Position numbers and translations under genes: made by a program
In this document: piece by piece, positions 49,810-60,443 of the stretch
How positions within the stretch are numbered: the first letter of the stretch is position 1
Layout of the letters: every line of letters starts with the position of its first letter
Notes under the pieces: model-generated
What the model was told of the DNA's origin: nothing
The model's input: the letters and a program-made list of their open reading frames with translations, nothing else
Database searches by the model: none
Origin: Candidatus Multivorans sp.
GTDB taxonomy: Bacteria; Acidobacteriota; Thermoanaerobaculia; Multivoradales; Multivoraceae
Direction: 5' to 3'
DNA length: 64,000 bases
Assembly (NCBI GenBank): GCA_965216125.1
Contig: OZ244152.1
Coordinates: forward strand, 899,035 to 963,034

Positions 49810-50364
49810 CTAGACCTCGAGGATGTCCTTCTCCTTGTTCGCCAGCGCCTGGTTCACCAGGCCGATGTAGTGGTCATGGAGCCTCTGCATCTCATCGAAC
49901 CCCCGGCGTTCGTCGTCCCGCGAAATCTCCTTCACCTTCTCCATCTGCTTCAGTCGATCGTTGCCTTCGCGCCGCACGCCGCGCACGGTATTGCGGAAGC
50001 GCTCGGCGATCTCGTGGCCGCGCTTCACCATCTCCTTGCGACGCTCCTCGGTGAGGGGAGGCACCGGGATTCGGACGATCCTGCCGTCATTGGAGGGATT
50101 CAGCCCCAGGTCGGCCAACAGGATCGCGCGCTCGATCGCGGCGATCTGGGTCGGATCGAACGGCTGCGCCACCAGCAGCGTGGCGTCGGCGACGGACAGG
50201 CTCGCAAGCTGATTGAGCGGCGTCGGCGTACCGTAGTACTCGACCGTCACCCCATCGAGCAGCGCCGCCGAGGCCCGTCCGGTTCGCAGTGTCTTCAGCT
50301 CCTGGTGAAGGTGGTCGACGCCATCCTTCATCTTGAGCTCCATTTCCAAGAACAGCTCTTGCAT
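49810..50364 (-). CDS. frr: Ribosome recycling factor
   Basis: 184 aa; …LKTLRTGRASAALLDGVTVEYYG…; GGGGGAGG RBS. Confidence 0.93.
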   Translation of the reverse strand: MQELFLEMELKMKDGVDHLHQELKTLRTGRASAALLDGVTVEYYGTPTPLNQLASLSVADATLLVAQPFDPTQIAAIERAILLADLGLNPSNDGRIVRIPVPPLTEERRKEMVKRGHEIAERFRNTVRGVRREGNDRLKQMEKVKEISRDDERRGFDEMQRLHDHYIGLVNQALANKEKDILEV

Positions 50365-50441
50365 GACCTATGCCTCCCCCGGCTCGGATTGTAGCCCCCG
50401 CGTGGTGCGCCGCTATGTCCGCTCGCGGAAGCGGGTCGGCG

Positions 50442-51170
50442 TCAGGTGACGAGGGAACCGACCTTCTCGCCCAAAACCACCCGCCGGATGTTGCCCTCGA
50501 CACCGAGGTCGAACACCGCGATCGGCAAGTCGTTCTCCCGGCACAGGCTGATCGCCGCCGCGTCCATGATGCCCAGGTTGCGCTCCAGGACCTCCTGATA
50601 GGTCACTTCGGGCAGGCGCTGCGCCCCGGCGTCCCGACGCGGGTCGGCACTATAGACGCCGTCGACCTGGGTTGCCTTGAGCAGGATGTCGGCCTGGACT
50701 TCGTTCGCACGGAGCGCGGCGGCGGTGTCCGTCGTCAGGTAGGGGTTGCCGGTACCGGCGCCGAAGATCACGACCCGACCCTTCTCCAGGTGCCGAATCG
50801 CCCGGCGGCGAATGAACGGCTCAGCCACGCTGCGCATCTCCAGCGCCGTCTGCACCCGGGTCGGAACGCCCGTCTTTTCCAGTGCGTCCTGCATTGCCAG
50901 GCTGTTGATGACAGTCGCCAGCATGCCCATGTAGTCGCCAGTCGCCCGCTCGACGCCGCGATGGCTCGCAGCCAGGCCGCGGATCACGTTGCCGCCCCCG
51001 ACCACCATGCCGATCTGCACGCCGAGCTCGAAGACATCGCGAATCTGAACGGCGATCCTTCCGACAACGACCTCGTCGATGCCGAAGGGCTTGTCGCCCA
51101 TCAGGGCTTCGCCCGACAGCTTGAGCAGGATGCGCCGGTACGCCGGCTCGGCCGCAGCGGCTGCAGTCAT
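50442..51170 (-). CDS. pyrH: UMP kinase
   Basis: ATG 51168-51170; [11 protein letters not shown]…[11 protein letters not shown]…[10 protein letters not shown] motifs. Confidence 0.92.
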   Translation of the reverse strand: MTAAAAAEPAYRRILLKLSGEALMGDKPFGIDEVVVGRIAVQIRDVFELGVQIGMVVGGGNVIRGLAASHRGVERATGDYMGMLATVINSLAMQDALEKTGVPTRVQTALEMRSVAEPFIRRRAIRHLEKGRVVIFGAGTGNPYLTTDTAAALRANEVQADILLKATQVDGVYSADPRRDAGAQRLPEVTYQEVLERNLGIMDAAAISLCRENDLPIAVFDLGVEGNIRRVVLGEKVGSLVT

Positions 51171-51177
51171 CCGGCCA

Positions 51178-51822
51178 TCAGGACGGATCGGAAGCCGGAG
51201 AGACCGCTGCGGCGACGGTCGAATCACCGCCGAGCTGGAACCTGGCGAAACGGCAGATACGCATGTTCTCGCCCAGCTTAGCGATCGCCCCCTTGAGCAC
51301 GTCCTCAACCTTCAGGTCCGAGTCCTTCACGAACGGCTGCTCCAGGAGGCAGTTCTCGGCGAAGAACTTACGAATTCGGCCCTCGACGATGCGCTCGACG
51401 ATGTGCTCCGGCTTGCCCGACTCGAGCGCCTGTTCCCGGTGAATCCTCTTCTCCCGCTCGAGGATGTCCGCGGTGATCTCGTCGCGACCGATGAAACGCG
51501 GCTGGCTGGCGGCCACATGCAGCGAGAGATCGTGCGCCAACTGCTGGAAGTCGTCCGTGCGGGCGACGAAGTCCGTCTCGCAGTTGATCTCGAGCAACAC
51601 GCCGATCTTGCCGCCGGCGTGGATGTAGGAGACCACGAGACCGTCGCTGGTGGCGCGTCCGGCCTTCTTGGCGGCAGAGGCCAACCCCTTCTTGCGCAGC
51701 GCGTCGAGCGCCTCTTCCAAGTCGCCGCCGGTCTCGACCAGGGCCCTCTTGCAGTCCATCATGCCGGCGCCGGTCCGCTCGCGGAGCTCCTTGACCATTC
51801 CGACTGTCACAGCCTTGCTCAT
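51178..51822 (-). CDS. tsf: Elongation factor Ts
   Basis: ATG 51820-51822 with GGGAGAAGGAAG RBS; UBA-like N-terminus ([29 protein letters not shown]). Confidence 0.9.
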   Translation of the reverse strand: MSKAVTVGMVKELRERTGAGMMDCKRALVETGGDLEEALDALRKKGLASAAKKAGRATSDGLVVSYIHAGGKIGVLLEINCETDFVARTDDFQQLAHDLSLHVAASQPRFIGRDEITADILEREKRIHREQALESGKPEHIVERIVEGRIRKFFAENCLLEQPFVKDSDLKVEDVLKGAIAKLGENMRICRFARFQLGGDSTVAAAVSPASDPS

Positions 51823-51928
51823 CGCTTCCTTCTCCCTACGGGCCTGACCCGCCCCTGACTGGAACTTCACTGACTCCCGCTCGCCGGACGAAGAACCGTC
51901 GGCGCCTCACCACGAACTGCCGGCTGGC

Positions 51929-52780
51929 TTACGCGCTGCCGCCGGCCGCGGCAGGTTCCGCCGATTCGGCTGTCGGCTCGGCGGCCTCGGCCTGCCCTTC
52001 GGAGTCCGTAATCTCAGCCGGCTCCTGGGCTTCGCCGTCAGGCTCCAGGGCTGCCTCGGGTCCTGCTTCCAACGCGCCTTCCGCCTCGTCGCCCTTGCTC
52101 CAGGCGGCTGCGCCCCCGATGTAGGAGTCGGCTATGCGACCGGCAAACAACCGAATCGTCCGTATCGCATCGTCGTTGCCCGGAATCACGTGATCCACGA
52201 GCTCCGGGTCGCAGTTCGTATCCACGATGGCCACCACCGGGATGTTCAACTTGTTCGCCTCCGCGATCGCAATGTGCTCACGCTTCGGGTCGACGACGAA
52301 CAGAGCGTCCGGCAACCGTTCCATGTTCCGGATTCCGTCGAGGTTACGGACCATCTTTTCCCGGTCACGATCCAGGCGCAGGCGTTCCTTCTTGGTCAGC
52401 AGGTTTTCCTCGTCGGCGAGCTTCTTCTCCGTTTCCTGGAGGCGCTCGACCGAGGCGCGGATGGTGACGAAGTTGGTCAGCGTACCGCCAAGCCAGCGAT
52501 GGGTGACGTAGAACTGGCCGCAGCGCTGCGCCTCTTCCTCGATCGCGTGCTGCGCCTGACGCTTGGTGCCGACGAACAGCAACCGGCGGCCCATGCGAGC
52601 CATGTGCTCGACATAGTCCGCCGCCTCGCGGAAGCGCAGCAGGGTCTGCTGAAGATCAATGATGTAGATGCCGTTGCGGCGGCCGAAGATGTAGCTGCGC
52701 ATCTTCGGATTCCACCGCCTGGTCTGATGGCCGAAATGGACACCCGCCTCCAGCATCTCCTTCATCGTGACGTGAGCCAA
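51929..52780 (-). CDS. rpsB: 30S ribosomal protein S2
   Basis: …[22 protein letters not shown]…; probable TTG start ~52780 giving [10 protein letters not shown] (cf. E. coli MATVSMRDML); acidic C-terminal tail. Confidence 0.88.
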   Translation of the reverse strand: MAHVTMKEMLEAGVHFGHQTRRWNPKMRSYIFGRRNGIYIIDLQQTLLRFREAADYVEHMARMGRRLLFVGTKRQAQHAIEEEAQRCGQFYVTHRWLGGTLTNFVTIRASVERLQETEKKLADEENLLTKKERLRLDRDREKMVRNLDGIRNMERLPDALFVVDPKREHIAIAEANKLNIPVVAIVDTNCDPELVDHVIPGNDDAIRTIRLFAGRIADSYIGGAAAWSKGDEAEGALEAGPEAALEPDGEAQEPAEITDSEGQAEAAEPTAESAEPAAAGGSA

Positions 52781-52793
52781 AAAACTATCCTCG

Positions 52794-53183
52794 CTACCTT
52801 TTGCTGAACTGGAAGCGCGCACGCGCACCCTTTTGACCGTACTTCTTGCGTTCCTTGCGCCGCGGATCACGGGTCATGAACCCGGCCGCCTTGAGCGCTT
52901 CGCGAAACGTTGGTTCGAACTCCACCAGCGCCCGCGAGAGACCGTGCCGGATGGCGCCGGCCTGACCCGAACTGCCACCTCCGCGGACCGTAGCCCACAT
53001 GTCGACCTCGCCCTCCTTCTCGACCACCTGCAGAGGTTGGTGGACGATCATCTTCAGCACTTCGCTGTTGAAGTAGTCGTCCATCACCATGCCGTTGACC
53101 GTCATCTCGCCGCTGCCGGGGCGCAGGAACACCCGCGCCGTGGCCGTCTTGCGGCGACCGGTCCCGTACTTCGCTTCCGTCAA
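52794..53183 (-). CDS. rpsI: 30S ribosomal protein S9
   Basis: 129 aa from TTG 53181-53183 (GGGAG RBS): [20 protein letters not shown]…[19 protein letters not shown]…[18 protein letters not shown]. The listed 364-aa ORF is a chimeric over-extension. Confidence 0.9.
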   Translation of the reverse strand: MTEAKYGTGRRKTATARVFLRPGSGEMTVNGMVMDDYFNSEVLKMIVHQPLQVVEKEGEVDMWATVRGGGSSGQAGAIRHGLSRALVEFEPTFREALKAAGFMTRDPRRKERKKYGQKGARARFQFSKR

Positions 53184-53680
53184 CTCGGACTCCCTTCGAC
53201 TCCCGTCTCTCGCGACGGGCCAGCGCTCGCGATCGGTTCCGGCTGCTGCGCCGCATGCGGATGTTCCGCGCCGGCGTAGACCTTGAGCTTCCGCAGTTGC
53301 CGGCGCCCCAGACGATTCTTGGGCAACATGCCCCGCACCGCCAACTCGACGAGCCTGATCGGCCGGCGGCCGCGCAGACGGCCCGCGGTCTCCTCCTTGA
53401 GCTTGCCCGGCTTTCCGCTGTGGCGGTAGTAGATCTTCTTGTCGTCCTTGCCGCCGGTCAGAACCGCCTTCTCGGCATTGACGACCACCACGAAGTCGCC
53501 GACATCGATGTGGCGAGCGTAAGTGGGCTTGTTCTTGCCTGTCAGGATGCACGCGACCCGCGTGGCCAGACGTCCAAGCGTCGCGCCTTCCGCGTCGACC
53601 ACGTGCCAGCGTCGCTCGATCTCGCCCACCTTGGGGCTGTAGGTCGGGTTCGCCGTCCTTGCTCTGACTATTGCGGTCAT
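53180..53680 (-). CDS. rplM: 50S ribosomal protein L13
   Basis: 166 aa; …[49 protein letters not shown]…[17 protein letters not shown]; short C-terminal extension overlapping the rpsI start. Confidence 0.9.
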   Translation of the reverse strand: MTAIVRARTANPTYSPKVGEIERRWHVVDAEGATLGRLATRVACILTGKNKPTYARHIDVGDFVVVVNAEKAVLTGGKDDKKIYYRHSGKPGKLKEETAGRLRGRRPIRLVELAVRGMLPKNRLGRRQLRKLKVYAGAEHPHAAQQPEPIASAGPSRETGVEGSPS

Positions 53681-53878
53681 CGTATTCCCACCCAGGCCGG
53701 CCGGCCTTTACCCACCGGAGTGCCGGCACTCCGTTGCGCGCAGACTGACGTAGGAGTGGGCATACTCCTACCGAACCTCCTCGCGCAGAGGAACGGGGAT
53801 CGTAGAGTCCCAACCGGGGCTTGTCAAGACGAGCGACGCTCCCTTCGACGATCGCGGCGGCGTATTCTCTCCGCCACG

Positions 53879-54487
53879 ATGACTGCACTACGGGTCGGAC
53901 TCACCGGCGGCATCGCCAGCGGCAAGTCGACCGTCGGCCCGATGCTTGCCGAGTTGGGCTGCATCGTCACGGACGCGGACGCCCTGGTCGCCGAGCTGTA
54001 CCGGCCGGGCGAGCCGGGGGCAAGGGCTGTCGCCGAACTGTTCGGCTCCGAGATGCTGAAGGCGGACGGATCGGTCGACAAGGAAGAACTCGGTCGCGCG
54101 GTGTTCGCCGACCCGACCAGCCGAAAGCGGTTGGAACGTGCGATTCATCCCCTGGTCGGCCAGCGCTACCTGGAGGTTCTCAGGTCCGCCGGCGACGGTG
54201 CTGTCGTCGTCTTCGAAGTGCCGCTCCTCGCCGAGACCGGCGGTCGTGGACGGTACGACGCCGTGGTCACCGTCGAGGCGCCGAGCCGGCTCCGCCTCGA
54301 CCGCGCGGTCGAACGCGGGCTCGACCGCGAACAGGCGGAAGCGCGCATGAAAGCTCAAGCCCGAAGCAAGGATCGCCGCGCCGCCGCCGACTTCGTGATC
54401 GAGAACGACGGCAGCCTGGAGAAACTCAGCGCCCAGGTCGAGACGGTGTTTGCTGCCCTGAAACGGCACGCTGAACAGCCTGGCTGA
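53879..54487 (+). CDS. coaE: Dephospho-CoA kinase
   Basis: ATG 53879; [19 protein letters not shown] (P-loop) and CoaE fold. Confidence 0.88.
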   Translation: MTALRVGLTGGIASGKSTVGPMLAELGCIVTDADALVAELYRPGEPGARAVAELFGSEMLKADGSVDKEELGRAVFADPTSRKRLERAIHPLVGQRYLEVLRSAGDGAVVVFEVPLLAETGGRGRYDAVVTVEAPSRLRLDRAVERGLDREQAEARMKAQARSKDRRAAADFVIENDGSLEKLSAQVETVFAALKRHAEQPG

Positions 54488-54517
54488 GCCGTACCTGCCG
54501 CCATCCCCAATCGGCGC

Positions 54518-55084
54518 TCAGGCGTTCCGGAGGGCCCGCAGGAACTCGCGCCAGGCGCGGCCGCGGTGGCCGATCCGGTCCTTGATCTCGTCGCCGAGCT
54601 CGGCGTAGGTCCGCTCGAGTCCGTCCGGCTCGAACACCGGATCCCAGCCGAAGCCACCCTCGCCTCGCGGCGGCAGCACCAGCCTGCCGGCGGTCGAGCC
54701 CTCGGCGATCACCTCCCGGTCGCCGTCGAGGAGCATGAGGGCGCACCGCGCCACGACGCCCGGGTCGCCGGAGCGAATCGCGACCTTCGCGATGCCTTCG
54801 TCGCCGACCGCCTCCAGCATCCACTTGACCAACGGACCCGGGAAGCCGTTCATGCAGGCAAGCTCCAGACCGGTCTCTTCGACGACGACCGGCCGCTCAA
54901 GCCGTTGCCAGGCGGCCTCGGCCTTGGACCGCAAGACCTCGATCAGGTCACCCGACTGGATCTCCGGCAGATCGATCGCCGCCGTCTCCAGTTGGTGGCC
55001 GACGATCCGCTCCGCCTCGCGCCGCTTGTTCGCGTTCCCGGTGACCAGCACCCACGGCGGCTGGCTCCCTTCCCCGCCGCTCAC
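54518..55084 (-). CDS. rdgB: Non-canonical purine NTP pyrophosphatase (RdgB/Ham1 family)
   Basis: …VLVTGNANKRREAERI…ETGLELACMNGFPGPLVKW…FGWDPVFEPDG…; probable GTG start ~55084 (uncertain). Confidence 0.8.
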   Translation of the reverse strand: MSGGEGSQPPWVLVTGNANKRREAERIVGHQLETAAIDLPEIQSGDLIEVLRSKAEAAWQRLERPVVVEETGLELACMNGFPGPLVKWMLEAVGDEGIAKVAIRSGDPGVVARCALMLLDGDREVIAEGSTAGRLVLPPRGEGGFGWDPVFEPDGLERTYAELGDEIKDRIGHRGRAWREFLRALRNA

Positions 55085-55271
55085 CTGTCCGCACCTGGAA
55101 CCAAGAGAGCCAAGAGACCGGCAGTGTAGCCCGCCGGACGCCCAGCGGCTCGACCCGCCCCGAGGCACGAAACGCGCCGATCGATGACCGATGTCTGCCA
55201 TACTCTCCGGCTTTTCTCGCGACACGGCAAACCCCACGTGCGCGAACCTGGCCTCAGGGAGGAACCCTCAC

Positions 55272-56192
55272 ATGCCCGAACACCTGATCTCGATCGCCGA
55301 CCTGGAGGAGGGTCAACTCGAGTCGATTCTCGAGCTGGCCTTGCAGCTCGAATCCAGGCCGCAGTCACATCGCGACACGCTCAGGGGCAAGTCGATCGGT
55401 CTCTACTTCGAGAAGGCGTCCACCCGAACCCGGGTCAGCTTCGAGGCGGGGATGGCCCAACTCGGAGGCCAGGCGATCTTCCTCTCCAACCGCGACCTGC
55501 AGATCGGCCGCGGGGAGACGATCGCAGACACCGCCCGCGTCCTGTCGCGATACGTGGACCTCCTGATGCTGCGCACCTTCAAGCACAGCACGGTCGTGGA
55601 GATGGCCGAGCAGGCCACCGTGCCCGTGATCAACGGACTGACCGACGAACTGCACCCCTGCCAGGCGCTCGCCGACCTGATGACCGTCCGCCAGGAGTTC
55701 GGCGACCTGCGTGGCCGCCGGATCACCTACATCGGCGACGGCAACAACGTCGCGCACTCCCTGATGATCGCCTGCGCCCGCGCCGGGATCGACTTCTCCA
55801 TCGCCTCGCCTCCGGGTTACGAAGTCGCGGACAAGTACCTCGACCTCGCACGCGAACTGGCCACCGATACCGGCGCCGGGATCGAAACCGGCGCCGACCC
55901 GCACGCCGCCGCCGCCGGCGCCGACGCCGTCTACAGCGACGTCTGGACCTCCATGGGCCAGGAGCAGGAGCGGAAGCAGCGCCTCGCCGACTTCGAGGGC
56001 TACACGGTCGACGAGGACCTGATGGCCCGGGCCAAGAACGACGCGATCTACCTCCACTGCCTGCCCTGCCACCGGGGGGAAGAGGTCACCGCCTCGGTCG
56101 TCGACGGCCCCAGGAGCCGTGTCTTCGACCAGGCCGAGAACCGCCTGCACACCCAGAAAGCCGTCATGCTGCGGCTCCTCGACCGCGCCTAG
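55272..56192 (+). CDS. argF: Ornithine carbamoyltransferase
   Basis: ATG 55272 with GGGAGG RBS; carbamoyl-P site STRTRVSFE; HPCQALAD; HCLP. Confidence 0.9.
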   Translation: MPEHLISIADLEEGQLESILELALQLESRPQSHRDTLRGKSIGLYFEKASTRTRVSFEAGMAQLGGQAIFLSNRDLQIGRGETIADTARVLSRYVDLLMLRTFKHSTVVEMAEQATVPVINGLTDELHPCQALADLMTVRQEFGDLRGRRITYIGDGNNVAHSLMIACARAGIDFSIASPPGYEVADKYLDLARELATDTGAGIETGADPHAAAAGADAVYSDVWTSMGQEQERKQRLADFEGYTVDEDLMARAKNDAIYLHCLPCHRGEEVTASVVDGPRSRVFDQAENRLHTQKAVMLRLLDRA

Positions 56193-56333
56193 GCGAGCGC
56201 ACAGTCGGTGCTGCGCACCCGCCGGCTGGACGTCGTCGAAGAACCGGCGGCCGGGCGGTCGGGAACCGTGGCGGAACTGAACCTGCCGACACTCTTCGGT
56301 CTTCCAAGAACACCAGGCGGGTGAGCTCCGCAA

Positions 56334-57047
56334 TCAGCGTAGAACGATCGCGGCGATGCCGGCTTTCTCCAGCTTCTGCCGTACGAGGTCGGCGGCTTTC
56401 TGGCGCCGGCGGTCGATCTGGACCCGGTACCAGCCTCCTTCCTCACGGATCCGGACCTTGTCCAGGCCGAGATCGCGGCGCAGGCGACGAGCCAGATCGG
56501 CGGCCCCGCTGCGCTTCTTGAAGGCGCCGGCCTGGATCGTGAAGCCGGAACGCTCGTTCCGGTCGGTCCGGGGCGCCGCCTTGCGCGTGGCCTTTGCACG
56601 GGAGTTCTTCGGCGGGCGTCCGTTCGCCGGGTAGGAGATCGGCAGGTTGCGGCCTTCGGGCGCCACCTGAACGACGCGAATTCGCACCCTGGCGAGCCCG
56701 GCGCCGAACAAATCGAGTTGCCGCGCCGCGCCCAGGGAAAGATCGATGATCCGGCCCTTGACGAAGGGGCCGCGGTCGTTGATCGGAACCCGCAGCTTGC
56801 GGCCGTTGTCCTTGTTTTGGACTTCCACGACGGTGCCGAAGGGCAGTTGCTTGTGGGCCGCGGAGATCCGGTTCATGTCATAGATCTCGCCGCTGGCGGT
56901 GGCCCGACCGTTGAATTGCGCGCCGTACCAGGAAGCCAGTCCTTCCTGCGTGGTCCCGCGGCGAGGGGTCTTGAGAGCGGAGGTCGAAGCGCAGCCGACC
57001 GAGAACAGGATGACGAGCAGTGCAGCCAGCGACCGCGTCCGGCTCAC
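56334..57047 (-). CDS. rlpA: Septal ring lytic transglycosylase RlpA-family lipoprotein (DPBB + SPOR)
   Basis: 237 aa; GTG start overlapping purB stop; lipoprotein signal LVILFSVGCAS; DPBB (GLASWYGAQFNGRATASGEIYD…AHKQLPFGTVVEVQN); C-terminal SPOR-like. Confidence 0.82.
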   Translation of the reverse strand: MSRTRSLAALLVILFSVGCASTSALKTPRRGTTQEGLASWYGAQFNGRATASGEIYDMNRISAAHKQLPFGTVVEVQNKDNGRKLRVPINDRGPFVKGRIIDLSLGAARQLDLFGAGLARVRIRVVQVAPEGRNLPISYPANGRPPKNSRAKATRKAAPRTDRNERSGFTIQAGAFKKRSGAADLARRLRRDLGLDKVRIREEGGWYRVQIDRRRQKAADLVRQKLEKAGIAAIVLR

Positions 57048-58474
57048 ACCCTCGGCCCCTCGAACGCCGCCGCACGGTGCCGCGCCAGCGCCGGTTCGAC
57101 GGCCTCAGCCAGAAAATCGTCGACCTGCTGTGCGGAACGGCCGGTGAAGGAATCCGCGTCGATGAGGTCGTCGAGCTCTCGGCGGTTGAGCGGGAAGGCC
57201 GGGTCCCGGTCGATCAGATCCAGGAGTGGGTTCGCCTCACCTGCCGCGACTCGGGCGTAGGCGTTGAGGCTGTGTTGTCGGATGCTCTCATGCAGCTCTT
57301 GGCGGTCGCCGCCGCGCAGGGACGCCTCCATCAGGAAGGTCTCGGTGGCCATGAACGGAAGCTCGCGCCTCACCCGGGCCGCGGTGGCCGCTTCGTTCAC
57401 CCGCAGTCCCTGGGCGATGTTCGCGGCCAGCAGCAGCACGGCATCGACGGTCAGGAAGCAGTCGGTCAGCACCAGGCGTCGGTTCGCCGAGTCGTCGAGA
57501 CTGCGCTCGAGCCACTGCGTGCCGGCGTTCAGCGCCCCGTGCAGGGAGTCGGTCATGACCCGCCGCGACAGCGAGCACATGCGTTCGGCCCGCACCGGGT
57601 TGCGCTTGTAGGCCATCGCCGAGGAACCGACCTGATTCTCGTCGAAGGGCTCGGACAGTTCGCCGACGCCCTGCAGCAGCCGCAGGTCGCTGCCGAACTT
57701 GTGGCAGCTCTCCGCGGCTCCGGACAGTGCGTGCAGGACCTGACTGTCCTGCTTGCGCGGGTAGGTCTGGCCGGTGATTCGCCAACTCGACTCGAAGCCC
57801 AGCGCCGTGGCCACCCGGGAGTCGAGTTCGCGCACCTTGCCGTGGTCGCCCCCGAACAGGGTCAGGAAGGAGGCCTGGGTGCCGGTGGTGCCCTTGACGC
57901 CCCGGCAGCGCAGCCGGTCGCGGCGATTGGCCACTTCCTCGAGGTCGGTCAGGAAGTCCTGCAGCCAGAGGCAGGCGCGCTTGCCCAGCGTCGTCAACTG
58001 GGCGGACTGGAAATGGGTGTAGGCGAGCGCGGTCGTGCCTCGCTCCCTGCGGGCGAAGGCGGCCAGCTCGGCGACGGTGGCCGCCAGCCTGCCCGCGACC
58101 AGATCGAGGGCCTCCCGGATGATCAGCACGTCCGTGTTGTCGGTGATGAACGCCGATGTAGCGCCCAGGTGCAGGATGCCGCCGGCGTCGCCGCTGACCT
58201 CGGCGAAGTGGCGCAGGTGAGCTACCACATCGTGGCGCGTTTCGCGTTCGAGAAGTGCCACCCGCTCCAGGTCGAGATCGTCCGCATGCTCGCGCAGCGC
58301 GTCGAGCTGCCGCTCGCTGATCGGCAGCCCCAGTGCCGCCTGGTTCTCGGCCAGACAGATCCAGAGCCGCCGCCAATTCCGGAACCGGTGCCGGGCCGAA
58401 AACAGCCGCCCCATCTCCGCGCTCGCGTAACGCTCGTGAAGCGGATTCTGCGGTGCTTCCCTCGCTGCGGCCAT
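57044..58474 (-). CDS. purB: Adenylosuccinate lyase
   Basis: 476 aa (ORF-track coordinates); fumarate-lyase signature GSSAMAYKRNP; PurB C-terminal domain. The start read from the printed lines appears 9 nt lower (ATG at ~58463-58465 versus 58472-58474 implied by the track); treat the 5' end as +/-9 nt. Confidence 0.9.
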   Translation of the reverse strand: MAAAREAPQNPLHERYASAEMGRLFSARHRFRNWRRLWICLAENQAALGLPISERQLDALREHADDLDLERVALLERETRHDVVAHLRHFAEVSGDAGGILHLGATSAFITDNTDVLIIREALDLVAGRLAATVAELAAFARRERGTTALAYTHFQSAQLTTLGKRACLWLQDFLTDLEEVANRRDRLRCRGVKGTTGTQASFLTLFGGDHGKVRELDSRVATALGFESSWRITGQTYPRKQDSQVLHALSGAAESCHKFGSDLRLLQGVGELSEPFDENQVGSSAMAYKRNPVRAERMCSLSRRVMTDSLHGALNAGTQWLERSLDDSANRRLVLTDCFLTVDAVLLLAANIAQGLRVNEAATAARVRRELPFMATETFLMEASLRGGDRQELHESIRQHSLNAYARVAAGEANPLLDLIDRDPAFPLNRRELDDLIDADSFTGRSAQQVDDFLAEAVEPALARHRAAAFEGPRV

Positions 58475-58548
58475 GGGCGAAGTCTACCAGCGCAAATTGT
58501 TGACGGCGCTGAGGTTTAGCCGGCAAACACGCGTCTCAGCCGGCGCCA

Positions 58549-58710
58549 GGGGCTCAGGGGGGTCAACCTCCAGGTGCCTCGGAGCGAGCGACGCCCCGGA
58601 TCCTCACAGAAACCGACAACGTACCGAAGCGAGCGGAGTGGAGTGAGCGCCACCCGCTCCAGAACTCAGAGAGCGCTCACGCCACCTGGAGGTTGACCCC
58701 CCTGAGCCCC
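58549..58710. mobile_element. MITE-like element: 28-bp perfect terminal inverted repeats flanking ~106 bp, with a flanking 9-bp direct repeat
   Basis: Left arm GGGGCTCAGGGGGGTCAACCTCCAGGTG (58549-58576) is the exact reverse complement of the right arm (58683-58710); CAGCCGGCG occurs on both outer flanks. Confidence 0.6.
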
Positions 58711-58753
58711 CAGCCGGCGGGTGCGCCCCACCGCCACCCGTGCCCGGCTCCGA

Positions 58754-60331
58754 CTACGAGAGGTCGACCAGGTCGACCGAGATCGACTCGTCCAGGGCCA
58801 GCAGCGCCGCCATGCACGCATCGTTCGGGGCCTGGTCGAGCCGCAGGACGGCCAGGGCGTCGTGGGCGCCCGGTTCGCGGGCCAGATGGATGTCGGCGAT
58901 GTTGATGCCGTCGTCGCCAAGGAGCGTGCCGAGCCGGCCCACGAACCCGGGGACATCCTGGTTGCGGATGATGAGCAGAAGGCCCTGGGGGTTGAACTCC
59001 AGCCTGAAGCCCGCGAACGACACGATACGCAGTTCACCCCGGCGGTGGTAGACCGTTCCGGAGACCTGAAGGCTGCCGCCTTCGGCGTTTCTGGCCTCTA
59101 CCCGCACCAGGTGGGCGTAGGTGGCCTGGTCGCTGTGGGTGGCCTCCACGAGCTCGACGCGCCGGTCGGTGGCCGTGCGCTCGGCATTCACGTAGTTCAC
59201 CGCCTCGCCGCAGGACGGCGTCAATGCGCCCTTGAGGGCCGCCACCGCGACCGACTTCCTCAGATCGTCGTCGATGCCCCATAGGTCCGCCTGGACCCGC
59301 TGCAGGCTGCCGCCGAGCGCAACCCCGGCCAGCCGGCCGAGTTGCTCGCCCAACCGCAGGAACGGTTCGCCGCGAGAACCCGACGAACGGAACGGCAGAT
59401 TCACCGCCGATACCGCGAGCGAGCCGCGCAGTGCGGCGAGCACCATGCGCGCCGTCTCGGTGGCGATGCGCTCCTGCGCCTCGGTCGTCTGGGCGCCGAT
59501 GTGGGGCGTCGCCACCACCCTCGGGTGCGCAGCGAGCCGGTAGTCCGTCGGCGGTTCCACCGGGAACACGTCCAGACCCGCGCCGGCGAGCTTGCCGGAC
59601 TCGAGCGCCGCGAGCAGAGCTTCGGCATCGACCACGCCGCCGCGCCCGACGTTGATCACGGCCGCGCCGTCCTTCATCAGGGCGATGCGCGACTCATTGA
59701 GCATGTTCCTGGTCTGATCCGTAAGCGGGGTGTGGAAGGTGATGAAGTCGGACCGCGCGAGCAGATCACCCAGACCTACTGGCTCGACATCGAGTCGCCG
59801 CGCAACCTCCGCCTGCAGGAAGGGGTCGTAGGCGAGCACTTCCATCTCGAAGGCCCGGGCCCGGGTGGCCACCCGCTGACCGATCTGACCGAAGCCGATC
59901 ACGCCGAACACCTTGCCCTGGAGCTCGCTGCCAACGTGGCTCTTGCGCTCCCAGCGCTGCGCCTTGAGCGACGCGTCCGCGGACGGAATCCGCCGCGCCA
60001 GCGCCAGCAGCAGGGCAAACGTGTGCTCGGTGGCCGAAAGCGAGTTCGCGGTCGGCGCGTTGATCACGAGCACGCCGCGCTGGGTGGCGGCCGCTATGTC
60101 GATGTTGTCGACACCGACACCGGCACGGCCCACCACCTTGAGGCGGTCACCGCCTTCCAGAACCTCGCGGGTGATCTGGGTGGCGCTGCGCACGATGACC
60201 GCGTCGTAGTTCCCGATCAACGAGGCGAGCCGTGGACGGTCCTCGTCTCGAAGCTGGTCCACTTCCGCGCTCTCGCGCAGCAGTTCGGCGCCCGCCGGCG
60301 CCAGGGAATCGGCAATCAGAATCCGCGGCAT
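58754..60331 (-). CDS. serA: D-3-phosphoglycerate dehydrogenase (with C-terminal ACT domain)
   Basis: Likely start ATG 60329-60331 (MPRILIADSL; GGAGGTG RBS); NAD-binding GVIGFGQIGQRVA; catalytic R/E/H; ACT domain at C-terminus. Confidence 0.9.
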   Translation of the reverse strand: MPRILIADSLAPAGAELLRESAEVDQLRDEDRPRLASLIGNYDAVIVRSATQITREVLEGGDRLKVVGRAGVGVDNIDIAAATQRGVLVINAPTANSLSATEHTFALLLALARRIPSADASLKAQRWERKSHVGSELQGKVFGVIGFGQIGQRVATRARAFEMEVLAYDPFLQAEVARRLDVEPVGLGDLLARSDFITFHTPLTDQTRNMLNESRIALMKDGAAVINVGRGGVVDAEALLAALESGKLAGAGLDVFPVEPPTDYRLAAHPRVVATPHIGAQTTEAQERIATETARMVLAALRGSLAVSAVNLPFRSSGSRGEPFLRLGEQLGRLAGVALGGSLQRVQADLWGIDDDLRKSVAVAALKGALTPSCGEAVNYVNAERTATDRRVELVEATHSDQATYAHLVRVEARNAEGGSLQVSGTVYHRRGELRIVSFAGFRLEFNPQGLLLIIRNQDVPGFVGRLGTLLGDDGINIADIHLAREPGAHDALAVLRLDQAPNDACMAALLALDESISVDLVDLS

Positions 60332-60443
60332 CGGCTGCACCTCCATTCGGGTTCGGGGCGGGGTTCAGGCTCGGGTCGGCTGGAATGGGCTGAAGAACGG
60401 CCGGACCGGAAGCGACCTGCCGCCGGCGGATTGTGGCAGCGCT

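Noticed and set aside
52794-53888. 364-aa ORF spanning rpsI and the rplM region
   Set aside because: Only its C-terminal 129 aa (from TTG 53183 with GGGAG RBS) is ribosomal protein S9; the upstream part is Arg/Gly-rich out-of-frame read-through over rplM.
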